Below the pieces are notes generated by a model, which was not told where the DNA came from, made no database searches, and saw nothing but the letters and a program-made list of their open reading frames with translations. A stretch of 64,000 bases of DNA from the NCBI GenBank assembly GCA_963700635.1, contig CAVOYH010000003.1, forward strand, positions 1,504,001 through 1,568,000. The letters run 5' to 3'. The stretch is from an uncultured Bacteroidota bacterium. GTDB taxonomy: Bacteria; Bacteroidota; Ignavibacteria; UBA10030; UBA6906. Positions 50,276-59,710 of the stretch are shown here, one piece after another. A program made the translations under genes and the position numbers. Within the stretch, counting starts at the first letter, position 1; each line of letters begins with the position of its first letter.

Positions 50276-52708
50276 ATGCCGAACGAATTTCGCACCGAAA
50301 ATATTCTCGACAGCATCAGCGGCGGCTTCTTCGCCATGAATGCCGCGTACGTCATCACGTACTGGAACAAAGCGGCGGAAGAGGGAACGGGGTACGCAGC
50401 GCCCGAGGTGCTGGGTCGTCATGTCTTTGATGTGTTCCCGAACGCACGTGGAGCCCAGCTCGGCGAGAAGTACCGCCTTGCGATGGAGACGCGCACGTAC
50501 CAGAGTTTTGAAACGCTGTATCGGGATGAACGGTTCGAGAAGTGGTTTGACGTGCGCATCTACCCGTCGGACGACGGTGTTTCCGTGTTCTTTCAGGATA
50601 TCACCGAACGAAAACGGGACCAGCGTCAGAAAGAGCTGCTGGTCGAGATCTCCCGCGCTGTCAACAGCTCTCATCGTCTCGATGATCTTTGCCAGCGAAC
50701 TGCGGACGTGATTGCAGCACTTTTCGAGATCCCCTCACACCTGGTGTGTGTCTATCTGTATGATCCCCGCGGGAATGAAATCCGGCTCGTCGCCCCGGTT
50801 TCGCTGGACATCGATTTTCCTCAGGATATGGTACACCAGCCGGTGACCGAAGCCACGCCGTACATCGCGGGTCAGGCTGCGTTCCGTAAGGAACCCGTCA
50901 TCACGGACCAGATTGACGGAGGAACTGTCGGCCGCCTGCTCAGGGGCTCCCTGGAGGGTCTCAACCTCAGGACCCTCATCGCCCTTCCGCTGGTCGTTCA
51001 GCATGATATTCAGGGGGTGATCGAGGTGCTGACGATCAAGGACCCGGCCTATGTCAGAGACGAACTGGGGATTCTGAGTGTCGTCGGCAACGACATTGCA
51101 ATCGGCCTGAGCAGGAAGCGTCTCATTGATGAACTCCGGACGAAAAACCTGGAGCTGGAAGCGCAGACGCAGAAGACGCTGGAGGCGAGCGACACGCTCA
51201 AGAAGTTCCTCGCGATGTTCAGCCACGAGTTACGATCTCCGCTCAACTCGATCATCGGATTTTCGGATCTGCTCACCACGCAGGTGGAAACGCTGGCGCC
51301 GGATACCGTGCAGGAATTCATGCAAAATATTCAGACCAGCGGGAAGCATCTCCAGCAGATCCTCAACGACGTCCTGGACCTTTCCAAAATCGAGGCGGGT
51401 CAGCTCGACTTGCATATCGCCAGCTATCCCGCTTCGTACTTCGAGGATGCGGTCCGCCGTGTCCTTGCTCCCCCGATAGCGGAAAAATCCCTCCGACTCT
51501 CATTCGATTTTGACCCGGAGGTCGACGACCTCGTTGTCGACCAGACACGATTCAAGCAGATTCTGATCAATCTTGTTTCGAATGCAGTGAAGTTCAGCCA
51601 CAAGGGGGGAGAGGTGGTGGTCTCTTCGCGGCGCGAGGGGAACGAACTGGTGTTCCGGGTGCAGGACCAGGGTATCGGTATTCGGCCCGAGGAGCTTCCC
51701 GCGCTCTTCCGGCCGTTCCGGCAGGCGTCGAGCGGGAGGAGCCGTAACCGCGAAGGTATCGGCCTCGGCCTGGCGATCTCCCGGAAGCTCGTGGAACTTC
51801 ACGGTGGTACCATCTGGGCCGAGAGCGAATGGGAAAAAGGGACGACAATGTCCTTCAGGATCCCGCTCATGGTTGATGCGACCTCGGAACGTATCATGCA
51901 GGCGGGAATGCTGCTGGATGCCCTCAAGCGCGAAAACTGGCGCAAAGAGGGGGGAGAGAAGCCGCTGGCCCTTCTCATCGAGGATTCTCCTCAGGCCGGA
52001 GAGCTCCTCAGAATGCACGTAGAATCGGCCGGTTATCGCGTCGAAATCGCCCGGAATGGGGACGATGGTGTGGAGCTGGCCAAACGCCTCCACCCCAACG
52101 TTATCACGCTCGATCTGATCCTGCCCGGGAAAGACGGCTGGCAGGTCCTCAAAGAGCTTAAAAAACACCCTCTCTGTAAACAAATCCCCGTTATTATCGT
52201 ATCAATAGTAGACGAGAAGAACCTGGGGTTCAGCCTCGGGGCGGTGGAGTATTTTGTCAAGCCCGTGAACCGGGATGACCTGATTCATGCGCTTGATCGC
52301 GTCCACGTCCTGCCTTCGAACGACGAGATCAAACCCACAGTGCTCGTCGTCGACGACGACCGTGCAGCGACGGATCTCGTACAGGTGATCCTTGAGAACG
52401 AAGGGTACCGTGTGCTGAAGGCAGTGGAGGGAAAGGAAGGGGTCGAAGTGGCGGCCCGGGAACGTCCGGATGTGATTTTGCTGGACCTTTTGATGCCTGA
52501 GATGTCGGGGTTCGCCGTCGCGCACCAACTCAAACAGATGCCCGCGACGCGCGGGATCCCGATCATTGTCCTGACCTCGATGGATGTCGACGATGACCTT
52601 CAGCAGCAGCTCGGCTCGTACGTCTCGGGGCTCGTCAGCAAAGGGAGCTTCACAAAGAAGGACCTATTGCGGGAAATCACAAATGTTGAAAGTGCGCGCT
52701 GGCCATAA
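50276..52708 (+). CDS. Cytoplasmic hybrid histidine kinase (PAS-GAF-HisKA-HATPase-REC-REC)
   Basis: PAS (YWNKAAE), GAF (IALPLV), SHELRSPLN, NLVSNAVKF, DQGIG, GLGL; two receiver domains (ITLDLILP, ILLDLLMP); no TM helix. Confidence 0.92.
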   Translation: MPNEFRTENILDSISGGFFAMNAAYVITYWNKAAEEGTGYAAPEVLGRHVFDVFPNARGAQLGEKYRLAMETRTYQSFETLYRDERFEKWFDVRIYPSDDGVSVFFQDITERKRDQRQKELLVEISRAVNSSHRLDDLCQRTADVIAALFEIPSHLVCVYLYDPRGNEIRLVAPVSLDIDFPQDMVHQPVTEATPYIAGQAAFRKEPVITDQIDGGTVGRLLRGSLEGLNLRTLIALPLVVQHDIQGVIEVLTIKDPAYVRDELGILSVVGNDIAIGLSRKRLIDELRTKNLELEAQTQKTLEASDTLKKFLAMFSHELRSPLNSIIGFSDLLTTQVETLAPDTVQEFMQNIQTSGKHLQQILNDVLDLSKIEAGQLDLHIASYPASYFEDAVRRVLAPPIAEKSLRLSFDFDPEVDDLVVDQTRFKQILINLVSNAVKFSHKGGEVVVSSRREGNELVFRVQDQGIGIRPEELPALFRPFRQASSGRSRNREGIGLGLAISRKLVELHGGTIWAESEWEKGTTMSFRIPLMVDATSERIMQAGMLLDALKRENWRKEGGEKPLALLIEDSPQAGELLRMHVESAGYRVEIARNGDDGVELAKRLHPNVITLDLILPGKDGWQVLKELKKHPLCKQIPVIIVSIVDEKNLGFSLGAVEYFVKPVNRDDLIHALDRVHVLPSNDEIKPTVLVVDDDRAATDLVQVILENEGYRVLKAVEGKEGVEVAARERPDVILLDLLMPEMSGFAVAHQLKQMPATRGIPIIVLTSMDVDDDLQQQLGSYVSGLVSKGSFTKKDLLREITNVESARWP

Positions 52709-53001
52709 TGACCGAAACACCATCCAACATGGACCCCCGGCATGCTTCAGAGGCCGAGGCCCTGGCGCGCCGCTTCGACGACATCCACCGGGGTATTCGG
52801 AAGCTCGCACACGACATCAGCAATCCTCTGGGCATCATCCGCATGGCGATCTATGTTCTCGAGACAACGAACCCGGATGAAGAGAAACGGAACGAATACT
52901 ACCGCCTGCTGAACCAGTCGATCAGCAGGATCGACGATCATCTCACCCAGCTCCGTGCTCTCACTGAGACCCCGGGGGGACCGGATCGCGGCGGGGCATA
53001 A
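52708..53001 (+). CDS. Stand-alone HisKA/DHp-domain small protein
   Basis: KLAHDISNPLGII H-box with two helices and no ATPase domain; TAATG coupling to the kinase gene. Confidence 0.75.
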   Translation: MTETPSNMDPRHASEAEALARRFDDIHRGIRKLAHDISNPLGIIRMAIYVLETTNPDEEKRNEYYRLLNQSISRIDDHLTQLRALTETPGGPDRGGA

Positions 53002-53003
53002 CG

Positions 53004-54443
53004 ATGAAGCGGGACCCGACACACACTCTACGATTCGCGCTTGCAGCGGCGCTCCTCCTCTTTGCGGGATGTGAGGCCGGGCGGGAGTGGAGCACGGAGT
53101 CGCAGGAGGCCATCCGGCTCGTCCAGGAAGGGACCGCCTCCTGGCAGAAGTTCTATTACGCGGACGCCCTCGTTTCCCTCCAGAAGGCCGTCGTGGCTGA
53201 TTCCCTCTTCGCGGTGGCATGGGGGCGTCTGGCCCTCACCTATGACTATACCAGCAACCATGATGAGGCGCTCCGGGCTCTCGAGCGTGCCGAGAAGCTC
53301 TCGGCGAATGCAACCGACAAAGAACGGCGCTTCATCCGCCTGTGGGGATACCGCATCCGCGGAGTCCGTTCCGCCGAGGCGAAGCTTGCCGACTCGCTTC
53401 TCCTGCAGTATCCGGAGAACAGCGAGTTGTACATCTTTCGCGGCCTCCTCTACGAGATCGACCGGAACTATGAAGCCGCGGTCCAGACGTACGAAGAAGG
53501 CGTGAAACGCGACACTGGTTTCGCGCTTGGAGTAATGTCGCTCGGGTATGCCTATTCAATCCTGGGCGACCAGGACAAAGCTGTTGCGTACATGCAACGG
53601 TACATCCACATGGCCCCGCAGGAGGCGGACCCGCGCGCGAGCTATGCGGATATTCTTGTCCGGGCCGGTCGCTATACGGAAGCCCTGGAGCAATACCGGA
53701 AGTCGCTGGAGCTCAAACCCGACTACTGGTATGCTGTCCGGGAGATCGGGACGGTGTATACGATCCAGGGTCGCTTGCGCGATGCGGAAGCGCAGTTTGA
53801 AAAAGCCGTTCTCCTCCTGCCCCGGAATGTCAGACTGGAAGCGACACTGTTGCGCCAGCGTGCGTACCTGGACAATCAACGGGGAGCGTACAGCGATGCG
53901 GTTTCCCAGCTGCGCGCCGCCCTCGCCATTGATTCAAGTTACATCGGGTCGGCGTACGGGCTCGTCTTCGCGCTCGGCAAGATGAAGCGGTTCGGCGAAG
54001 CGTGGGAGACGATTGACAGCCTGAATGCAGAGCTGGTCCGGAGGAACATGCGCGAGTCGCATCTGGTACAGGGATACTATCTGTTGCGGGCGCGGCTGTT
54101 GACGGAGGAGGAAAAACTGGATGAGGCTGAAGCCGAATGCCGTAATGCCCTGGAAGCGTCCACACCCTTCACCCGCGGGGCAGTGTACGTCAACCTTGCC
54201 CGTATCGCTGTGGCCCGGCATGAATGGGAGGGGGGATTGGACGCCGTTGACGGCGCGCTGGCAGTGAATCCGAATTCCCCCGAGGCTCTGATGATGCTGG
54301 TCAGAATTTACAACGGTCGAGGGGACCTCGCGATGACCAGGGAGATCGGAGACCGACTCCTGACGCTCTGGCGGGACGCTGATGCGGACTTCCGGGCGCT
54401 CAAAGAGCTCCGCGCCCTGTTACACCTCTCTCAACCCACCTGA
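53004..54443 (+). CDS. TPR-repeat lipoprotein
   Basis: Lipobox LFAGC; multiple TPR repeats; C-terminal LWRDADAD motif. Confidence 0.82.
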   Translation: MKRDPTHTLRFALAAALLLFAGCEAGREWSTESQEAIRLVQEGTASWQKFYYADALVSLQKAVVADSLFAVAWGRLALTYDYTSNHDEALRALERAEKLSANATDKERRFIRLWGYRIRGVRSAEAKLADSLLLQYPENSELYIFRGLLYEIDRNYEAAVQTYEEGVKRDTGFALGVMSLGYAYSILGDQDKAVAYMQRYIHMAPQEADPRASYADILVRAGRYTEALEQYRKSLELKPDYWYAVREIGTVYTIQGRLRDAEAQFEKAVLLLPRNVRLEATLLRQRAYLDNQRGAYSDAVSQLRAALAIDSSYIGSAYGLVFALGKMKRFGEAWETIDSLNAELVRRNMRESHLVQGYYLLRARLLTEEEKLDEAEAECRNALEASTPFTRGAVYVNLARIAVARHEWEGGLDAVDGALAVNPNSPEALMMLVRIYNGRGDLAMTREIGDRLLTLWRDADADFRALKELRALLHLSQPT

Positions 54444-54471
54444 CCTGCCTCCAGCCAGGAGGCGACGATCG

Positions 54472-54795
54472 TCACACCCCGAATCCCAGTCGTTTCCGTG
54501 CTTCGGGCGACATCCGCTCGGGGGTCCATGCGGGCTCCCACACGATGCGGACATCAGCTTCCCTCACACCCGGAAGCCGGAGAACCCGGTTCTTGATATC
54601 CTGCGCGATCATCCCGCTCATCCCGCACCCCGGTGTCGTCAGGGTCATCTTCACGCCGATCCAATCGTCAATGATCTTCACGTCGTATATCAGTCCGAGA
54701 TCCACCACGTTCACGGGAATTTCGGGATCGTAGCACTGCTTGAGGGCATCGTATACCTGGTCTTCGGTAATCGCGGTCTTCTGTGTCTCAGTCAC
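54472..54795 (-). CDS. DUF59/SufT-like metal-sulfur cluster assembly factor
   Basis: CYDPEIPVNVVDLGLIY, MTLTTPGC, VWEPAWTPERMS; GTG start with AGGAG SD. Confidence 0.9.
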   Translation of the reverse strand: MTETQKTAITEDQVYDALKQCYDPEIPVNVVDLGLIYDVKIIDDWIGVKMTLTTPGCGMSGMIAQDIKNRVLRLPGVREADVRIVWEPAWTPERMSPEARKRLGFGV

Positions 54796-54879
54796 CTTCT
54801 CATCTCCTGCGTAGTCATCGAGTGATAGAAGATACATGTTGTGCCCCCGGAATTCAAGTGCAAAGCGCCGGTCCAGGTG

Positions 54880-55035
54880 TCAGGCGTGCGTGTCTGAGGG
54901 GGTCCGGGCCGGACAGTCGCACCCCGACGGGCACAACGGGCGACGTCCTGACAATCGCCGGCGAAGGCGGCTGCCGATCATCAGCAGGGCCGTAGCGCCG
55001 ACAATGATGAGAGCTGCTGATTCCTGCCAATCCAT
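54880..55035 (-). CDS. FeoB-associated Cys-rich small membrane protein (51 aa; not in the ORF track)
   Basis: MDWQESAALIIVGATALLMIGSRLRRRLSGRRPLCPSGCDCPARTPSDTHA; GGAGGAGG SD; starts 3 nt after the feoB stop. Confidence 0.75.
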   Translation of the reverse strand: MDWQESAALIIVGATALLMIGSRLRRRLSGRRPLCPSGCDCPARTPSDTHA

Positions 55036-55038
55036 CGA

Positions 55039-57165
55039 TTATCCTCCTCCCCAGCCCATGAATGTCCCGGCCTGGTAGGCGACGAGCGTCATTCCGTAGG
55101 CCAGCGCCGTCATGTACGCGATCTGGAAGGCCGGCCATTTCCAGCTGTTTGTTTCCCGGCGGACGACAGCCACGGTGGACAGGCACTGCATGGCGAGGAC
55201 ATAGTAGATCATCAGACAGACCGCGGTGAGCGGTGTGAACACCGCTGCGCCGGTGTCGGGATTACGGTCGTTCCTCATCGCCTCCCGCAACGAAACGGTG
55301 CCGCGGTCATCGTCGCCGTGCTGGAGGTTGTAGATCGTTGCCATGGAGCTGATAAACGCTTCGCGCTGAAGGAGGGAAGAAATCAGGCCGATGCCGATTT
55401 TCCAGTCGAACCCCAGCGGGCGCAGTACCGGTTCGAGGGTTTTGCCTGCCCGGCCGGCAAAACTGTGCTCGAGTTGTGCTGCGGGAGTCGAATCCGCTTC
55501 CAGTTTCGGATAGGTTGCCAGTGCCCAGAGCAGGATGGAGACACCCAGGATGATTGTTCCGGCCGTCTTGAGAAACGCACGGGAACGTTCCCAAGTCTGT
55601 GACAACACCGTCGGGAGCGATGGCATTTTGTAGGGTGGCAGTTCCATGATGAACAGCGGGGATGCGCCGCGGAGCAGGGTCTTCTTGAACATCCATGCGA
55701 CGGCGAGGGCCATGATCGTGCCGAAGAGGTAGAGTGACATGAGCGTCAGGCCCTGCAGGGAGAGAATGCCGAGCACGGTGACGCCGGGGATGAAGGCGGC
55801 GATGAGCAATGAGTAGACCGGCAAGCGGGCGCTGCAGCTCATCAGAGGGGCAACCATGATGGTTGCAAGCCGGTCTTTTGGGTTCTCGATCGTACGCGTC
55901 GCCATGATGCCGGGGATCGCGCACGCAAATGAACCGAGCAGCGGGATGAAGGATTTGCCGTGCAGGCCCACCTTGCCCATCAGCTTGTCCATGATGAATG
56001 CCGCCCGTGCCATGTATCCGCTGTCTTCGAGCAAACCGAGGAACAGAAAGAGGAATACAATCTGGGGGAGAAAGGTCACGACGCCGGCGACACCCGCAAG
56101 CGCGCCGTTCACAATCAGATCACGCAGATCGCCCGGGGGCATGGCCACGGTCAGTTCATGGCCAAGCCAGTCAAATCCAGCGGCGATCCACTCCATCGGA
56201 TACGTGGCCCAGCTGAAGATGCTCTGAAAGATCAGCCCCATCACCAGGAGAAAGATGAGAAACCCCCAGAACCGATGTGTGACGATCCTGTCGATGCGGT
56301 CTGTGATCGTGGGCGTTCCGCGTTCCGGCGTGTGAACTGATTCGGCGATGATCGAGCGGATCCAGGCATAGCGCGACTCAACGAGCACCGTCTGGCCGTC
56401 GATACCAAGAAAGTCGAGTTTCTCGACCTGCCTGCCTGCCTGTTCCAGGAATGAAGGATCGTACGTGTTCGTCCGGGCAGAGAGAGCTTCCGGCGATGTC
56501 AGGAGCACAAGAGCTTCGTGAGTCGCGGCGGGGAGAGAGAGATGGTAGGATGTGATGAGCCGTTCCTGGAGGTCCCGCCTTTCCCGTTCGAATACGGCAG
56601 GAAGAGACCCTTCGAGGGGCCGACTCCCGGTCGGAAGGTCCGCCTCCATTGCTGCGCGGAGATCATCGAGACCCTGGCCGCGGTGCGCGACGACAGGGAT
56701 CACGGGACAGCCCAGCAGGGCGGAAAATTTCGTTTTCTCGATGCGAATCCCCGCCTGTGTCGCGAGGTCCATCATCGTCAATGCCACCACGAGGGGAAGC
56801 TGGCGGTCGAGAAGCTGCGCCACAAGGTACAGATTTCGCTCGAGGTTTGTCGCATCGACCACGCATACTACCAGGTCGGGAGGCGGGGTGTGATCTGTTC
56901 GCCCGAGGAGGATATCAGTTGCGAGGAGCTCATCCGGGGAGGCGGCATGCATACTGTAGGTCCCGGGGAGGTCGATCAGCGTCGCATCCAACCCTCCCTG
57001 CAGCGTGATCTTTCCCTCTTTCTTCTCGACGGTGACCCCGGGGAAATTGCCAACCTTCTGCCGAAGTCCCGTGAGCGCGTTGAAGAGGGTCGTCTTGCCC
57101 GAATTTGGGTTCCCGACAAACGCGATGGTCTTCGTTCTGGTGGCGTGACGCCGGCCGTCTCTCAT
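55039..57165 (-). CDS. feoB: Ferrous iron transporter FeoB
   Basis: GNPNSGKTT, GNFPGVTVE, DLPGTYS, LEDSGYMARAAF, MSCSARLPVY. Confidence 0.96.
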   Translation of the reverse strand: MRDGRRHATRTKTIAFVGNPNSGKTTLFNALTGLRQKVGNFPGVTVEKKEGKITLQGGLDATLIDLPGTYSMHAASPDELLATDILLGRTDHTPPPDLVVCVVDATNLERNLYLVAQLLDRQLPLVVALTMMDLATQAGIRIEKTKFSALLGCPVIPVVAHRGQGLDDLRAAMEADLPTGSRPLEGSLPAVFERERRDLQERLITSYHLSLPAATHEALVLLTSPEALSARTNTYDPSFLEQAGRQVEKLDFLGIDGQTVLVESRYAWIRSIIAESVHTPERGTPTITDRIDRIVTHRFWGFLIFLLVMGLIFQSIFSWATYPMEWIAAGFDWLGHELTVAMPPGDLRDLIVNGALAGVAGVVTFLPQIVFLFLFLGLLEDSGYMARAAFIMDKLMGKVGLHGKSFIPLLGSFACAIPGIMATRTIENPKDRLATIMVAPLMSCSARLPVYSLLIAAFIPGVTVLGILSLQGLTLMSLYLFGTIMALAVAWMFKKTLLRGASPLFIMELPPYKMPSLPTVLSQTWERSRAFLKTAGTIILGVSILLWALATYPKLEADSTPAAQLEHSFAGRAGKTLEPVLRPLGFDWKIGIGLISSLLQREAFISSMATIYNLQHGDDDRGTVSLREAMRNDRNPDTGAAVFTPLTAVCLMIYYVLAMQCLSTVAVVRRETNSWKWPAFQIAYMTALAYGMTLVAYQAGTFMGWGGG

Positions 57166-57413
57166 AGGATCGGTTCTCTGAGAATATAGATGCCGCACGC
57201 TTCACTGTTGCGGAGCATGAGGTGATACCCTTTGAAATGGATCTGAATCGGGTCGCCAAGGGGTGCGCGTCTGACCAGACGGATTCGGGTCCCCTGGAGG
57301 AGTCCCATCTCGTGCAGCCGCTGGCGTGTGAGACCGTGGATCCCCTCAAATCCCGAAATGATTCCCGATTCTCCTGGAGAGAGCAAAGTCAGTGCAATTG
57401 CGTTGTTTGGCAT
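57162..57413 (-). CDS. feoA: Ferrous iron transport protein FeoA
   Basis: RLHEMGLLQG, APLGDPI; ATGA overlap with feoB. Confidence 0.93.
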   Translation of the reverse strand: MPNNAIALTLLSPGESGIISGFEGIHGLTRQRLHEMGLLQGTRIRLVRRAPLGDPIQIHFKGYHLMLRNSEACGIYILREPIL

Positions 57414-57425
57414 ACGGAGCTGTTC

Positions 57426-57872
57426 CTACCCTTTCCGTTTCTTACATTTTGCGCAGGTTCCGAAGATCTGCAGGCTCGAGCTCTGCGGGAGGAAGTTTTT
57501 CTCGTCACAGACTTCTTCCTGGATCCTGTTGAGGCGTTCATTCACAAATTCGATCAGGTCACCGCACTCCAGGCATATCAGGTGGTGGTGGTCCGGCCTG
57601 CCAAATGCTTTTTCGTAGCGTGAGCTGTTTTCCGCGAAACGGTATTTTGAAACCAGCCCGCAGTCCTGCAGTAGGTCCAGTGTGTTGTAGACAGTGGCCC
57701 TTGAGATCTTGGTGCCGGTGGAGATCATTCGGTAGTAGAGGCCTTCGGCATCGAAGTGTCCCTGGCTTTGCAGGACCGCATCAAGCACGGCGGCACGTGC
57801 GGGAGTCGACCTGAGATTTCCCTGCGCCTTGAGGTACTTCTGCAGCGCGTTGTGGGCGTGTTCAGCATTCAT
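57426..57872 (-). CDS. fur: Fur-family transcriptional regulator
   Basis: SRATVYNTL, HHHLICLECG, GTCAKC; heads the feoAB operon. Confidence 0.9.
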   Translation of the reverse strand: MNAEHAHNALQKYLKAQGNLRSTPARAAVLDAVLQSQGHFDAEGLYYRMISTGTKISRATVYNTLDLLQDCGLVSKYRFAENSSRYEKAFGRPDHHHLICLECGDLIEFVNERLNRIQEEVCDEKNFLPQSSSLQIFGTCAKCKKRKG

Positions 57873-57882
57873 GGATAGAGCC

Positions 57883-57933
57883 TTATTTAGAATTAGTCCA
57901 AATAAAAATAAGGAATTTCCGCTCCTCTGTCAA
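57883..57933 (-). promoter_or_regulatory. fur-feo promoter with overlapping Fur-family operator
   Basis: TTGACA-N17-TATTTT (57933-57905); AT-rich palindrome TTATTTAGAATTAGTCCAAATAA (57883-57905) over the predicted start site. Confidence 0.7.
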
Positions 57934-58017
57934 GCAAAAAAAAGCTTGCGTTTTTGATTCAGATTCGACTACTTGTTCGAAAGTGAAGTTATCCCTGTAT
58001 TCTCATCTGTTAATTGA

Positions 58018-59124
58018 ATGAAAGCTCATAAGGGCCGATTTCTGAAAGGGAAGGCCATTAACACCAGGCCCATTCCCGCGAATATCTCAGTTGTCCCCCT
58101 CGTTGAACGCTATTTTCAGGCATATAATGCGGGCCGGCTGAGTGAAGCGTGTCAGCTGTTCAGCACGGAAATGCTGGCAAAAGACGTGACAGTCGGGATG
58201 AGCCTGACCGGGGCGTTGACCCCTGCGGGGCTTGGGGGGGGGTGTGTGGTCCCGCTGATCGAGCATGGCTTCGTCGATTGGATTGTGAGCACGGGTGCAA
58301 ATCTTTACCACGACACCCACTTTTCAATCGGGCACACATTGCACAAAGGCACGCCGTTTCAGGATGACAGGCTGCTCAGGAAAGAAGGGGTCATCCGGAT
58401 TTATGATATTCTGTTTGATTACGAGGTTTTGCTGAGCACGGATGAGTTTTTCCGCACGGTCCTCCGGAATCCAGGATTCCAGCGGGAGATGGGAACATCC
58501 GAACTGCACTATGAGCTTGGGCGGTATGTCGCCGAGCGCGAGAAGGCCCTTCGGAGCCCGCACACGAGCATTCTGGCCGCTGCCTACCGGTGCGGGGTTC
58601 CTGTGTACACGTCATCGCCGGGGGACAGTTCAATAGGGATGAATATTGCAGAAACGGCGCTATCAGGGTTCGGCCTGCGGATTGACGTGCTCAGGGACGT
58701 GAACGAGACAGCGGCGCTCGTGCTACGGGCCAAGCGTGGGGGAGGGAGGAGCGGGGTGGTTATTTTCGGAGGAGGGTCTCCCAAGAACTTCATCCTGCAG
58801 ACGGAGCCGCAGATTCAGGAAGTTTTGAAGATCCGGGAGAAGGGGCACGACTTCTTCCTTCAGGTCACGGATGCCCGACCGGATACGGGTGGAGTATCCG
58901 GAGCGACCCCTGCCGAGGCGGTCAGCTGGGGGAAAGTCGATCCTGACCAACTCCCGAACACGGTTGTCGTGTATCTCGATACCACGGTTGCGATGCCAAT
59001 TCTTACCTCATACGCTCTCGCGCGCCGGAAGCCTCGCCGTCTGAAGCGGCTGTACGATCGCCGTGAAGAGGCGATGGCCCTCCTGCGCCGCGAATACGCA
59101 CGGGCGCTCAGAAACACTAGATAA
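58018..59124 (+). CDS. Deoxyhypusine synthase-like protein (SpeY-type homospermidine biosynthesis)
   Basis: [54 protein letters not shown]. Confidence 0.88.
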   Translation: MKAHKGRFLKGKAINTRPIPANISVVPLVERYFQAYNAGRLSEACQLFSTEMLAKDVTVGMSLTGALTPAGLGGGCVVPLIEHGFVDWIVSTGANLYHDTHFSIGHTLHKGTPFQDDRLLRKEGVIRIYDILFDYEVLLSTDEFFRTVLRNPGFQREMGTSELHYELGRYVAEREKALRSPHTSILAAAYRCGVPVYTSSPGDSSIGMNIAETALSGFGLRIDVLRDVNETAALVLRAKRGGGRSGVVIFGGGSPKNFILQTEPQIQEVLKIREKGHDFFLQVTDARPDTGGVSGATPAEAVSWGKVDPDQLPNTVVVYLDTTVAMPILTSYALARRKPRRLKRLYDRREEAMALLRREYARALRNTR

Positions 59125-59156
59125 CTATTACACTCAGTTCGCAAGGAGGGAAATCA

Positions 59157-59378
59157 ATGGACAGATTACAGGAGCTCAAGGACCTTGTGGCCTCGTTCGA
59201 AAAGGACTTCTCCAAGTTCTACGACAAGGGGAACAAGTCGGCGGGAACGCGGGTCCGTAAGCACATGAATGAGTTGAAACGCAAGGCGCAGGAAATCCGC
59301 AAAGAGGTCCAGGAGCGGAAAGCGGATGCGAAAGACACAGGTGATGGAGATTCCGGAGGGATGATGCCGCAGATGTAG
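59157..59378 (+). CDS. Hc1-like ('histone H1') small nucleoid protein
   Basis: KFYDKGNKSAGTRVRKHMNELK..AQEIRKEV; AGGAGG SD. Confidence 0.8.
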   Translation: MDRLQELKDLVASFEKDFSKFYDKGNKSAGTRVRKHMNELKRKAQEIRKEVQERKADAKDTGDGDSGGMMPQM

Positions 59379-59398
59379 GAGGCGCGGCGTACAAAGGA

Positions 59399-59495
59399 AT
59401 CGGCCTGTTCCCCAGCCGGTCGAGGTGGGATGACGGGCGGGGGACAGGCCGATCTCGTGTGGAACAGCCCACGGTGTTGTGGGCTGTTGTGTTTT
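59399..59495. terminator. Two hairpins between the convergent Hc1-like and rpsU genes
   Basis: ATCGGCCTGT...ACAGGCCGAT (59399-59453) and AACAGCCCAC...GTGGGCTGTT (59463-59488) followed by GTGTTTTT. Confidence 0.6.
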
Positions 59496-59690
59496 TCAGG
59501 CCTGTTCGGCCATGTTGCGCAGGGCGCGACGTACAGCTTTCAGGCGTTTCATCCGCTTCTTTACCGATGGCTTGGTAAAGTACGCACGTTTCTTGAACTC
59601 CTTGAGCACGCCCGAACGCTCATACTTCTTCTTGAAGCGTTTAATGGCACGATCGATGGGTTCATTTTCAGAGACCACGATGCCGACCAA
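59496..59690 (-). CDS. rpsU: 30S ribosomal protein S21
   Basis: [15 protein letters not shown]...FTKPSVKKR; GGAGGTG SD; TTG start. Confidence 0.95.
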   Translation of the reverse strand: MVGIVVSENEPIDRAIKRFKKKYERSGVLKEFKKRAYFTKPSVKKRMKRLKAVRRALRNMAEQA

Positions 59691-59710
59691 CCGTGTTCAC
59701 CTCCCTTCGG

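Noticed and set aside
58234-58242. G9 tract in the DHS-like gene as a phase-variation site
   Set aside because: In frame, encodes Gly-Gly-Gly beside a conserved motif of a housekeeping-type gene; no evidence of variation.
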